Source of the DNA: Rhina ancylostomus
Taxonomy: Eukaryota
Length of the DNA: 64,000 nucleotides
NCBI GenBank assembly: GCA_030265395.1
Contig: JARFYF010000054.1
Span: 11,458,795 to 11,522,794 of the forward strand
Direction: 5' to 3'
The translations under genes and the position numbers were made by a program. Below the pieces are notes generated by a model. The model was not told where the DNA came from. It did not search any database and saw nothing but the letters and a program-made list of their open reading frames with translations. This document shows positions 1 to 12,897 of the stretch, in pieces (position 1 is the first letter of the stretch; every line of letters starts with the position of its first letter).

Positions 1-9
1 GTCTGGAAT

Positions 10-125
10 AACCTCTCCTGACAGAGCACTGCTCCCTCTGCACTGCCCTAATGTGACTACTAACAACCTTAAATCTTTGAACTCCTCTGGTGTGACTCAG
101 ATGACAATGTGACAAATGAACCCAA
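10..125 (-). mobile_element. Degraded Deu-domain SINE fragment (SacSINE1-like)
   Basis: gacagagcactgctccctctgcactg...tgactcaga resembles the 5' part of the shark DeuSINE (recalled consensus). Confidence 0.4.
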
Positions 126-754
126 ATCCAAAATACGGCAAAAACAGAAGAAAATATAAAAACTAAAAAGGGCAAAAAACACAGATGCTGGAACTCTGAA
201 ATCAAAATAGCATTTCTTCTTGTTATTTCAAAGTTTAAAAAAATGGCAGGTTATGTGGCGATGTGCCCAATCATTACTTGGCACTGTGCACGGAGTTTCT
301 GTCATGTTAGTGGTTTTCCTCTAGATGACTGCCAGATTTTTACTGACTGACTGTAGGTCGAGACCATCTTTCTCTACCAGAAATAGACTGGTCTGGGTCA
401 AATCACAAGAACATATACACATATATAGCCTTACTTTAACAAAGAAAACAGAACACTTGTCCAAGTCACTGTAGTCACAAATATCCATTCCAGGTCAGCA
501 ATAATTTCTAAACAGCATTGTCCCAAAATTACCCTCAGATATCTGCCTGAGATGACAAGGCAGGAATGGTAGCATGTGTTTGCTTTTGTTTAAAAAAATT
601 CCTCTTTCTAAACTCAAATAATCAAAGCATCCATTAAAATGTCAATTAATATGACTCTTAAATCCATGTCCTGTTCAGAGCGTGCCACAGGACTTGGCAG
701 TCATAAATACTTTATAAGCAGTCAGTATTGCAAAGTTGGAAACAGGGCAAAGAA

Positions 755-975
755 TCTGTGTACAGCAAGCTCCCGCCAATGGCAATGTCAGAAGAACCAG
801 TTTCTTTAATTTTTTTTTGAGGGATAAATGTTGGCCAGGGCAACAGGGATATCTTTGCTTTTCAAAATGGTGCCACCAGATCTTTCACATCTACCTGAAG
901 GAGGAGACAAGGTCTCAGTGTAATGCTTCAGCCAAAGGAGTGCAGTTAAACTTGGTCAGGTCTCCTCAGTGAGTT
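755..975 (-). mobile_element. Degraded Deu-domain SINE fragment (SacSINE1-like)
   Basis: ttgagggataaatgttggccagg...gatctttcacatctacctga motif (recalled consensus). Confidence 0.55.
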
Positions 976-1367
976 GAGTGGATTGCCAAGCCACAGCTGA
1001 GCACCCGGACAAGGAATTGCTTGACTGTAGGCTCAAACCCAGCTTAACACCCACTTTCCAGCTGGTGTACAGCTTTAACTGCCTCGGTTAGGGTCTCCAT
1101 TCAATTTATCTTTTAACTCCTTCCAACTGGAGGTGCACCAAACCCAACTATGGAACCCAACATGCATAATTCCATATGAAACCAACTGCCCTACATGCAC
1201 TTATATTTAATCACTGCAACCAACACCAGAAAGAGAAATAAGTTGACATACTTACAGTACATTTACAATCATAAGTCACTTTTTATTGATGTGAAATACA
1301 AATGACACCTCTTTCCAATGAGCGTTCAACTGCGAAATAATAGTGAGGCAAGAGTCACGGGAAATTA

Positions 1368-1656
1368 TAAGATATCTTTATTGGTCACACGTACATCGAA
1401 ACACAGTGAAATGCATCTTTTGCGTAGAGTGTTCTGGGGGGCAGCCCGCAAGTGCCCCCACGCTTCCAGCGCCAACAATAGCATGCCCACAACTTCCTAA
1501 CCCGTACGCCTTTGTAATGTGGGAGAAAACCGGAGCACCTAGAGGAAACCCACACAGACACGGGGAGAACGTACAGACTCCTTACAGTGACTGGAATTAA
1601 ACCCCGGATGCTGGCGCTGTAATAGCGTTACGCTAACTGCTACACTACTGTGCCTG
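1368..1656 (-). mobile_element. Near full-length tRNA-derived V-SINE, apparently young
   Basis: Minus strand starts ggcacagtagtgtagcagttagcg (A box), has GGTTTAATTCC (B-box-like) and the V-domain core gtgggtttcctctaggtgctccggttttctcccaca. CpGs are retained. Confidence 0.85.
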
Positions 1657-3197
1657 GCCATAACAAGCAATTAATGATAACAATTAACAAACAATAAAGC
1701 ATAAATTAACAAGCAAACATCATATAATCAAACCACAGAGTTGGTCAATTTGATTCAGAACAGAAAAAAAACATTTTTGGAGTAGGTGGTAGTCAGTTAC
1801 GTCTCCAACCACACATTAAACTGGATGGTTTGGATTTATCAACAAATCCTGACTATGATGGAAATGTGTCTGACAAATGGATGAATTTTCAATCCCACTT
1901 CTGGGACCTGAATCACAGGAACATACATAGTCATAGGCACAGGTCATTCTGCCCCTTAAGTCTACTGGGTCATTTAGTAAGATCACAGTTGATCTGATTG
2001 CAATTTCAGTCTTTAGAACTGAACGCCTTAAGAGCGAAAAGAACTGGAATTGGCGTCAATGACAGCNNNNNNNNNNNNNNNNNNNNNNNNNNNNNNNNNN
2101 NNNNNNNNNNNNNNNNNNNNNNNNNNNNNNNNNNNNNNNNNNNNNNNNNNNNNNNNNNNNNNNNNNAGCAATAAATTCTGACAAGGTTTTATATTTTGCA
2201 TCTGGTTGGTTCATAAAGTTATAAATAGCCAATGAAATATTAATAGGGCATCAGGAGCCAAGGTCACATTTACAGTCGATTCAAATTGACAAGGTTGGAA
2301 TTGGGTTACCAGAGAAAGAGAAGCAGCCACTTATTTGAACCAATATTCTCATGGGGACCTCAAGAAATTCACTGTTCTGGCCTTTTTAAATTGCTCCCAA
2401 TTCCTGTGCTGAAGGTCTCCTTCACTAAGGCAAAGGCACATTGATGGGAGTTACGTTATGGAATCGTACCGTAGCTTGAATTATTCACTATGAACATCAA
2501 CAGGTTAGTGCACTGCAAAGGAGATCACGTGTTCAATCTTGCCTCTGTGTACACACACTATTCCCAAAGGTGGTTGCTGGCACACAGTGTGGAGCAGCAA
2601 TCCAAGTTTCCACTCCACAACCCATGGTACTGTAGTACCCATACCATCTCTTATACTGCTCTGGATCAAATAATACGACAGAGACAAGGAATGAGTACAA
2701 AGCACAACTTTCTGCTCAGTCCCCACACAGAACTAGAGGATCAATATTCTTAAGTGCAGACTTGGCTGCTTATACATCACTGGCTTAAATTGGACAGCTA
2801 CTAGTATATACAACTGGACAGTTCATCCGATATCAAACCTCTTCAGATAACTGTAGATACAACTGATAGGTCAATTATCTATATGATAAGTCTATTCCAA
2901 CTGAAAATAATTGATCCTGTTCTATAGAGGATAAAGTTGATCATTTCCAGCCAGACAAATCATTAAGATCATTCTTTGGTAGAAAGAACAATTCCAGAGT
3001 AGACATCTGCAGGATTTTCAGCTTCCTGTTACTCAAAGATGGCTTTCAGCTCAAGGAGACTTCAAGCTCCCTTGTGGGATCCCACTCATTATCTCAAGAG
3101 CCTTTAAATCCCTGGATGGATTAAAGAATAATTGCATTATTGTTTTTGTCTCTGGCAGTTGCCATCTTTCCTTACTGCAGGACACTACTAATACATA

Positions 3198-3990
3198 CGC
3201 AGAAAATGTTAGAACAACTGGGAAAATGGGCAAGGGAATGGCAGATGGAATTTAACCCAGATAAGTGTGAAGTGATGCTGTTGAACAGAGAGACCTTGAG
3301 GTACAAGTTCATAATTCCCTCAAAATGGGAACACAGGTAGACAGGGTGGCGAGGAAGGGGTATGGCATGCTTGCCTTCATGGGCTGAGGCACTGAGTAGA
3401 AGAGTTGGGGCACCATGTTACAGTTGTACAAAACACTGGTTGGCTGCACATGGAGTGCTATGTGCAGTTCTGGTCACCACAGAAGAGAAAGTTCATGACT
3501 AAGCTAGAGATGATGTAGAAAAAATTCTCAAGGGCGATGCCTGGATTGGAGGGCTCCAGTTATCAAGAGAGATTGGACAAGCTAGGTCTATTTTCCCTGG
3601 AGTGAAGGAGGCTGAGAGGTGACGTGAGAGAGGTATACAAAACTACGAGAAGCAGAGATAGGATAGAGAGAGTCTGTTTCCCATGGTAGCAGTGTGTAAA
3701 CTAGAGGACACAGGTTTAAGGAGATAGGGAGGTGGTGTAAAGGGGATTGGAGGGGTAATTTTTTTTTCAACACAAAGTGTAGTTGGTACCTGGAATGAGG
3801 TGTCAGACATGGTGGTAAAGGCAAGAACAATAACAATTAAGAGGTATCTTGTCAGGTACTTGAATGAGCAGGGCATAGAGGGATATGGAATTAATGCAGG
3901 CATGGGATTAGTATAGACAGGCATGATGGTTGGCTTAGAAGCAGTGGGCTGAAGGACCTGTTTCCATTCTGTACAGCTCCATGACTAAAT
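3198..3990 (+). mobile_element. 5'-truncated CR1-clade LINE (RT C-terminus and 3'UTR)
   Basis: LGKWAREWQMEFNPDKCEVM remnant; typical tail gggctgaaggacctgtttccattctgtac. Confidence 0.88.
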
Positions 3991-5876
3991 GAGAAGCTTC
4001 AGCACTAAGCTCTGGTCACTATTGGTACTCGAGCTATAAACTATCACCTGCTTTTTAAATGATTCTACTCCCTTGTACACTCCAACGACAGTCGCTTACT
4101 CTCGTTAGACTCTTCCAGCCTGGAGTTGGTTTCAGGACCTCTGCTCCAGACATTATTGATGGTGTGCAAATCTTGTCACACTTCCAGGTTAACAAGGCAT
4201 CAGGAATGATCCTGCTAAGCATGGGGCCTCCCTGAAAATAAAATCCTGTTACAGCTGGGGACCTGGTTGACAACACCAGATTTGAAATGAGAGTCAGAGC
4301 AATGACAAGGTGCAGTTTCAATAAGTACAAGCCAAGAGAACGTGGGTATTCTTCTCCAATCACCATCCTGTAACTGGATCAAGTTATATTCATTTGTGAC
4401 TCAGAATTATTCCTCCGGTTCCCGAGCCTGCCCGTCCTCCTTGGTACCTTACAATGCAAAAATCACTTTGCCAGACCGACAGTTGGCAACCCCAAATTTA
4501 TCTGCAGAACAGAAAGGGAAAACAAATGTTTCTGCCCAACCTCACACCATCTAGTGGCTGATTACCGAGAAGCAGAGCCTTGTAGTGCTCAGGTATCAGA
4601 CACATTTTAAAAAAAATCAGCTTGGCATTGAGTGAACTAGAGATCCACTATTTCTGCATTGCCCCACTTAAAGATTTGGTTTTTTTTTTGTAGTCCTCCC
4701 TCCATTCCCCTTTCCAATTTTAAACACCAAACTATTTCTTTAACTACATCCTTCCCTCCATCTCTTATCAAGTCTCCATCCCTAGGGCCCATCTTCTAAT
4801 TTGAAAACCTAGGCGTTGAGTCATTTAGATAGAAAAGGTCACACCTAGTAACAAAAAAAAAATTTATTCAAAGTTTCAATAATACATACTGAACGGGTTA
4901 TCTACAAATCTATGGTCAGGTAACATTTTCTTCCTGCTAAAAGTTACACTGAATATACAGCACAAGATATAAAAGCCAAAAAAAATTGGAACAAGAATAT
5001 AACAGAAAATCATTTTTTTTATCATGACAGTTTTGTACTATATGCAAATACTAGGCAGAGCAGTAGACACAAAAGGTAGTTTTAAGAATTTAATACAAGC
5101 AGACAGAGAATACGGCAGCAGGTGTCTTCACTGCATACAATGTGGCTTGATAGCAAAACACAGTAAATCTAGTATGTTCAAAAACATGATAATCAATTAA
5201 AAATACATTTTAAAAAAACATAGGCAATGATTGAAAAAGCACTGACTAAGTGCTGATGACCCCGTGAGTGAAGCTGTATGTGTGGCTAACAGTGCAGCAA
5301 CTATCACAAATGGTTCACTACAGATGTTATCGTGGAAGGTTTCTAAGACAACACTACTCACGAAACCACAGTTGCTCCTCACAGTCCAACAGACCAAGCA
5401 AGAGAACCAGGAGCTGGAAGTGTAAATCTGATCAGGGAGAACTGACTGTAAAAATGAACCCTAAAAAAAAAATCACTTCCAGGCATTGATTTTCTTTTTA
5501 ATATATTTTACTAGCAGGTTGCAGTTTTTAAGGTTAGGAACTATTTTAGTTTCTAGGAGAGCTTCAAGGTCTGTGCTGTGATGTTCATATCCCTTTAAGA
5601 CATCACTGCAAAAATAGTAGACAAGAAAAAAATTATATATACAGTGCAAGTATTAAACTGCCCTTGTAACACTCACGTTAAGAACTCTATTTGTAAATTA
5701 GCATCTTACTTTGAGATGCAGCAAACCTTCATAAGTTGATTTCAACACCATGTTGCTTACCAGTGGTAAACTTCATGGAGTAGAGTGTAAAGTCTTTGAA
5801 TTAGTGTCCAAAATTTAATATTGTGGAAAGCGAATGGTTTGCTGATGTCACGTATTAAATATGGATGTGTAATATA

Positions 5877-5929
5877 CTTAATATTACCTCAGGAAAGGTA
5901 AGTATCCTTAATATTACCTCAGGAAAGGT
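5877..5929. repeat. Local duplication, 23-bp exact repeat with 30-bp period
   Basis: cttaatattacctcaggaaaggt at 5877-5899 and 5907-5929. Confidence 0.9.
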
Positions 5930-8900
5930 TAGCAAAATTCATTTCAAATTTTAAAAAAAGTACTAAAACCCAGTTTCCTACAATAGCTGTTGTACTTTTA
6001 TGAAAAGATTTCAGCACCATGATCAAAGTGATGTTTTCAACATGCCTTATTATTTACAATGGTGATGCTTATTCTAACTTTGGTACAATTTCTGGTTCAA
6101 TTGGGCCCTGTATTGCTCATGAAACTAGCTAGAGGTCATCTAAAAGAGCAGAGAATGGATGTAGGTAATCCACCATCTATCTGCATGCCAAATAAAGAGG
6201 CAAACACATTTACAAACTACCAGGGTAAAAATTAATAAACCAAATTTGTACTAAATATCAACAGCTGAAGAGCTTACAACATCTGATGCTAGATACTGGG
6301 AACTATTATATTGCAATCCAAGAATCTTTTTTGAAAACTGATTTGAAGGCAGATTTGCACTCTTTTGTGATTAACATTCCTTGCAACAATAAACAATTTT
6401 TTCCTTCACAAGTTACAGCATTCCAGGCTCATGCGGAAAAAAGTTGGGCAGTTCTCCCTGAAGGAAAAATTTTTAGGCTCATTCAAATCAAAAGCATGAA
6501 TGAATGTACAAACAATGCTGCTTAGTAACTTAGCTCCTTGCAGCAACACCTAAGAAACATCATTAGCAAATAACCTCCAAGGCCATGTTTAGAGTCAGAT
6601 GTATATCATTTTGAGGAGGTCATAATGGGACATATATTCAACCGTGAAGGTAATGACTATTTCAAGCAGACTTTTTCTTTGCTGGTGGTCACCCATAAAC
6701 AAAAATAGACAATTTAAAAACACAGACTGCAAACTATGAGTTCCCTGACCCCCCTCACCTCTTTCATTTTCCAAGTTTATCATTTCCACAAATGACATTA
6801 AAAATTCCCAGCAAAAGTTTTACTGTTTTAAGTAATTTAGTTTCATTTTACAATTTAACTCAAGGAGGAAACCTAAATAACAGACATAGTTATAGCATTA
6901 CAGTAACACTGAAGTATAGGAACTCTGACAGTAAGGTACGCATTTCTGACAGTCAGTCCAAAGACGTGTTTTACTTAAAAATTCCCATTCCACTTTTTTA
7001 AAAAAATAGGACTTGGAAAGGTTATTGCAATGTTTGTACATAGGTCTAAATGTCAAATAGTGTAAAGCTCACTTTAGCAGAGGCTGATCAATGGAGATGC
7101 TAAAATATCTGGTCTATATTTCCTGGTAAGTGGGTTGTAGCATCTGTGAACAATGGTTCAATAACATGCATTTCAACTCCTGATCTCTCCAATTCATTGA
7201 CATTTGGCAGCAATAACCTTTAGAGATCTACAGACAAAAGCACGCCATATACTCGCCTGATCTGCTCTATCATCCAATTAGATCTTGGCTAATTTTATTA
7301 CAACTCCTTATCCCTGGTTATCCTCACCTAAAGAGAATGTCCCAAATTGTTGGTCTTGAAGGCTCAATTACCCCTGCAGCCTAACCATTTTGGGGGAGGT
7401 GATACTAAACTTCTACCATCTTGTTAGAAAAAGTGTTTCCCAGTTCTAATTTTAATTCTCTTATGAAAGCTCAACATCCAATAAAACCTTCAAGGCAGCA
7501 CTTCACTGATTTTGCGGGACCAGTATAATAGGGGAAATGTAATTCTGCCAAAGTTAGGCTTAAGTATTCACTAGTTGCATACATATTTCAATTTTTATAA
7601 CTATAGGGAAATCCATACTGCTCAAGCAAATCCTTTACCAGGTCAAAGATCAAACAGTTCTCTTTAACTCTAAACACAGAACAGCACTTTTAGCAGAGGG
7701 AAAATGTCAAAATGTGACGTTACTTTATGAGTTGATTTGAATAACTGAAAAACAAAATCAATGTCACTTCTTTCAAACTTGTTTTCTTTCTCATTGTTAG
7801 TGCATGTGCATTGCAAGTAAGGTTGCCATTTATAAATTATTCTTAGTTGCCCTATATAGAATCAACAGATTAGTGTGGGACTAGTAACAAAGATCAGACC
7901 AGATATGAATAGTATATTCCTTGCCTGAAAATATTAGTCAAGTTTTTTTTTGTTAATCCAGTTGCTTTCATAATTTTATCTCGTGCACAATCAATACTTC
8001 TGTTTTAATCAATTCATTTTCCTATTCTTCAGTAGCATTTGAACTTGCAAACCCTGAACTACTTGTTTGACACTGAACATCAAGCCTCCCTTGTATCAGC
8101 CATAAATTGCTGCAGATTATAAGTATCCACCTGCACAAGACAAATTAAAGAAATCCTCTGAACTGTAACCAGTTGACAACTACTGAGCACCCAGAGAGTG
8201 GGGCACAGCATGGTCAATTTACTCCAAGTTAAACCACTATTTGGCAAATGAAAATGCATTATTATTCATTGTCCGTGAAGGTTTTGTCATCAAATGCATA
8301 GTGAACTACACGCAAACATGGCGACAACACACCTGAATAGAGGAATGGTCAATAACTGTCTTAAATTCTATTTTTTTTCCTCTGTAGGTGATACAGAAGT
8401 TTCAGTTCCTTACAAAAGCTGACAATCTTTTTCTTCCCCAAAACCCAGATCACCCAAAGTTGATATCAATTAGGGAAATAAGGCAGTATCTTGGACAGCA
8501 AAATAGTAATCTTTTTCATCTGCGATTAAGTCATAAAGCAGATTATAAAGTAAAATAAAAATACTGAAGCAATGCACTACATATTATACAGAATGCATAA
8601 TTTTAACAAAATAAGTCTGTGAAAACATTTTTAATTTACAACAGGGTGCATAATTCTTCAACAACTTTCAAAAGTGTACAACGGGTCACTATGTTTTATT
8701 TCCCAACGAGGAAAGTAAGAAAAGGTTGCTGAGGTAGTAAGCAGCATTACTGTACAGAGCACAGTTGTAAACAGTATTTCAACCTATGCACATGAAAAGC
8801 AATGATGAGGAAAATTGGCCATTTTCTCTATTTTACAATCATTAATTTCATGAAAGACTTGGAGATGTGGCAAAACTGGTTTCCAATTCTAAAGATTACA

Positions 8901-10779
8901 GCCAATACATTAGCTTGCCTTTCCACTTTCTGCATAGTAGAGGAATGGGCTGTATGTTTTCAGTACTTGTGCCTTTATTTTACATTTCCAGCCTTTGACA
9001 TTTTCCTTTTTTCTTGTTGGTTCCCTTCGTGTGATTTAAAAAAATAAGACCTTCTATTTGAACCCAGGACTTTTCTATATCCTTTACACTAGTTGGTTTA
9101 ATTCCAATTTTTTTCTCTTTAGGAGAATACTCTCAAAATACAATATTTCATCTTTTAAAAGATTATGCTTTATCCTTTCAAAAAGTACTTTCCCAATAAT
9201 CCACTCAATCCTTTATGAAGAATTGGAAAAGGGGCCAAATTTGGAGGAAAGCCTTATCTAGGCTACAAACACAAATTCAGATACAATGTACTGTATCAAA
9301 GCCAACTTGATACCGAGACAATAAAGAAGTTTTTTTTTTACAAAATAAAAGTTACATTGAGTAATGAGAGTCCCAGTATTCCAAAAGCAATAGAAATTAT
9401 TGAAAAGGTTAAGTAAACCCTTATGTACTTGTGAGAATTTTTAATTATGGACCATCCCATAAGTGCAATCACCAATCATAAAAATGAGGCAGACCAGTCC
9501 TCCTCTGTACAAAACTACAAGCTATAGTACTGTATGATTTANNNNNNNNNNCTACAGACTATCACCACATGCAGTGGCATAAAATTAAACCACAGCATAT
9601 CAGTACTGTAGCTCACTAAAATGTAAGACAATTCAAACAAAGTAAAAGACTGAATTGTAAATCCAGAACACTAAAGTGTAACCATCTCTTCTAGAAATTT
9701 AATATTAGCAAATAATTCCCAAAATGCTGCACATTTAAGAGTCAAACGAACAAAGTTACATCTGGCCTTGGACACCACAGGTTGGTGGTTAAACTTGAGT
9801 AAAACCTAAGTGAGTACTTTTCTTGCACTGTTTGGTGTACCATACAAATGGAAGAATGACTATGGCCAATCAACGTTTCAATCGATCACGGAAAATAAAT
9901 TGAGCAACTCAAAAACTAAAGTGCACAATTCAGTTAGTAATTTTTCTCCTACATTTCTTCTTGCTCTTGAAAACACCTGCTGCCCTACCATTGCAGGCAA
10001 TTCACATCCATTTAGTGCCTCAAACCACCTGTTCTTCATGCATGACCCTAGACAATGAGCACCAGCTGGCTATTCTAACACATGGGGCATCTCATCAATC
10101 CCAATCCACATGCAGAAACAGCTAGGCAGTAATCAGATTAGGAGTGGGAACTGCCTCGTTTACCCTTCCTCCAAAGAGACCCTTCTTTTTTTGCATGGCT
10201 CAGGACAGTTATCCACTGGCCCACAAAACAATTTAATCTTATCTACTATTTTACACACTCATAGTTGCTTTTGGAGTGTACTGCAAGTGCCATCAGGAAG
10301 CAAAATAGCAATCCAACATAACAGAAGCATGCAATGCTCAAAGAGAGAGATTCTGTTAATAAGAACACAGAAAGATGGATCCATCTCACTTGAAAGAAGT
10401 GTTTTATTCCGTTAAAATAAAAAGACATGATTCTGTAAGGTTGGATGAAATAAATGCTGCGAGCAATGTAAAATTCAGTTTAGAGAATCCCAAGACTAAT
10501 CACTTTCACTTTTCTTGATATCATTAATGATGTCAGGAGAAACAGAGCTGAGACAATGTCGACCATTTCCTCTATTTAAAAAAAGGCTATTTCAGTTCAT
10601 GACCAGGACTTAAGGGGCATGCTTCCTTGAAACTACTGCCAGTGTGTTAATGTTGCAGTAGAACAATTTAGTGTAACATTATAAACTATTTGTTTCTAAG
10701 ATCTGCAGAAACACTATCCACTGGCTGGAACCAAAATTACCAGCTCCAGAATGCTGGACTTTTCAGACCTGAATTCGAC

Positions 10780-11495
10780 GACATGTCCCAGTACTTATGG
10801 TTATAAAATGGCCAAATTCTACATTTGAAGAACTCATTCTAGAGAGCATAATTTAAAAAATGGTAAAGCAACAGACAGATCTAGGGGCACATGTGCAAAA
10901 CTTGTAGGAAGTTGCAGGGCTGAGAAAGCAATTACAAAAGCATAGAGTCCTAGACTTTATGAATAAAGGCACAGAGTACAAGAGCAAGGAGTCATGATGA
11001 AGTTTGATAAAATACTGTTCAGCTATAACTGGAGTACAGTGTGCCTATTTAGGCATCACACTTTAGGAAAGAAGTCAAGGCATTAGAGAGGCTGCAGAAG
11101 AGATTCAATTGAGTGAATCCAAAGATGAGCAACTTCAGTTCTCTAGAGAAAGTGGAGAAGCCAAAGTTGAGAGGTAATCTGACAAAGAGATATTTAAATT
11201 GATGAAGGATCTAAACAGAGGAAATAGAGAGAAACTGAGCCAACTGGCGATAAGGTGAAGAACTGGAGAATGTTAAATAGAGACGACAGGAAAAGGAACC
11301 AAAAATGAAACGGGTTAATTTGGTTTTTGAAACACAGTCATGGCCTAGAACCTGGATTGCACTGCTAGAAGGGGACAAGTGGAAGGAAAATATGTGCTGG
11401 GCTGTGGGGAGAGAGACTAGTTGGATTGCTCTTGCCTAGCACTGGCACAGACTCCAAGGGCCTCCTTCCAAGCTGTAACCTGCCTGTGATTCTGA
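10780..11495 (+). mobile_element. Degraded CR1 LINE 3' fragment
   Basis: ctggagtacagtgtg, ttagagaggctgcagaagagattc and the tail aagggcctccttccaagctgtaac; similar to the copy at 3198. Confidence 0.75.
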
Positions 11496-12348
11496 AAAGC
11501 ACAAGGTGGATGTTTTTTTTAAACAAAGAACAAATGGCAAAACCAAAAACTGTAGCCACAGAAGAAACAGTAAAAACCAGCACCTTCTTGTATTTGATGC
11601 CCATTTTCAAGCCCTCATTAATATAGGGGAACTTATACACCAGTGCAATGTAACACCAATGTGACTCAGAGCATTCTTTAAAACAAGGTTGCAACTTCAC
11701 ACTTGCTTATATAGTAAATGACAATTTATGAGAATACAGATTCTAAGATAAGTGCAGGTACTATATAACATTTTAAACACCGGCACATTCCAGACTGTCC
11801 ATCAAGGAATTGTTATTTTTCCCCCTCTTGATTTCTATCCTTCCCCAGTGTAATCAATTTCACTTGTACAATTAGATTCAACATTTATCAGTGGTGACAC
11901 TGTACAGCAAAGCACATCCAAATGCATTTCCTCAATTTTCCACTAATTGCAATCAATTTCATGTTCCTGTTCTGACAGAACAGCATCCATCAGTATAATT
12001 GCTTAGTGAATTTTTCAGATGTTTGTACTAGTGTCCATTTCTGCAACACGAAACAGCAACCTATTCCCAGATGGAGATACAGGAATGATACAGACAGATG
12101 TATAACCTACTTTTAACTAGTCATTAAATCCAGAGTCTGGACATTAGACCACAATTTTACATAGTCAGTAAAACCACAAACCGATTCTTTTTTTCTCCTT
12201 GGAGAAAAACCACAAGATTTTCTTCTTCTTCTTGATAGAATTAACTGAAGATCCTGGGTTTAATTCATTTTGGGGACCAGCAAACCTGCTGGTTGATAAG
12301 GTTCTAATTCAGCCACGGATAGCATGGCAGCTGTTTTTCCAAAGTTTT

Positions 12349-12473
12349 TCACCAAGGTGGAGACGTTGGCAAGACCTGGGACAGAAAAGGCACACTATCC
12401 ACAGGTCTAACTGTTATATTCACTGGACTTGGAGCAGGAGCTGGAGCTGGAGTATGGCAAACCTCAGCGGTGT
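12349..12473 (-). CDS. vezf1: Terminal coding exon
   Basis: Acceptor ttttttatttttccag|, phase 1: (D)TAEVCHTPAPAPAPSPVNITVRPVDSVPFLSQVLPTSPPW-TGA. The C-terminus resembles VEZF1 RPVESMPFLPQALPTSPPW. Confidence 0.93.
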
Positions 12474-12764
12474 CTGGAAAAATAAAAAATTGTGAGGGAG
12501 GAAGAGAAAATGAAGCCCATTAGCAAATAAATACTCTTTAGAAAGCAAAGTTTAATACTACAAAAAATACCTCCTCAATTTAAAGATGGTGTTTATCTGT
12601 TCCATCCCAAATAAAGGAAAACAGACTTTTATCAATGTTCCCGTCTCTAAAATTTGGTTTCTGGTAAAATCTAGGACAATATTTCCATTGCTAAAGCAAC
12701 GATTTGGTATCAAGGGGTTGAAGATTTAAAGAAATATTATGAGCCAGTTGAAACTCAAAGGCTG

Positions 12765-12897
12765 GCAGGATATCTTGCACCATTGTTATTTTGCTGTATT
12801 CGCTGTATTTATTATTACCATGCACACTTTACTCTGTGAGCTTCATGCAAGGAATTTCATTACACCCTGGTGTATTATGACAATAAACTAATCTGAA
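12765..12897 (+). mobile_element. LINE 3' tail fragment (related to the 31815 element)
   Basis: tcttgcacc...caaggaatttcattacaccctggtgtattatgacaataaac parallels 32159-32313. Confidence 0.55.

Larger units (their letters stand above)
4845..12348 (-). other. Putative long 3'UTR with candidate poly(A) signals
   Basis: AT-rich, relatively repeat-poor sequence after the stop. Minus-strand AATAAA at 4863-4868, 8695-8700 and 10403-10408. The true 3' end cannot be fixed from sequence alone. Confidence 0.45.

Noticed and set aside
1590-1656. tRNA-like sequence
   Set aside because: It is the head of a V-SINE and continues into the SINE body; no full cloverleaf.
5896-5905. Consensus donor AAG|GTAAGT on the plus strand
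   Set aside because: It sits in a local duplication, with no supporting plus-strand exon.
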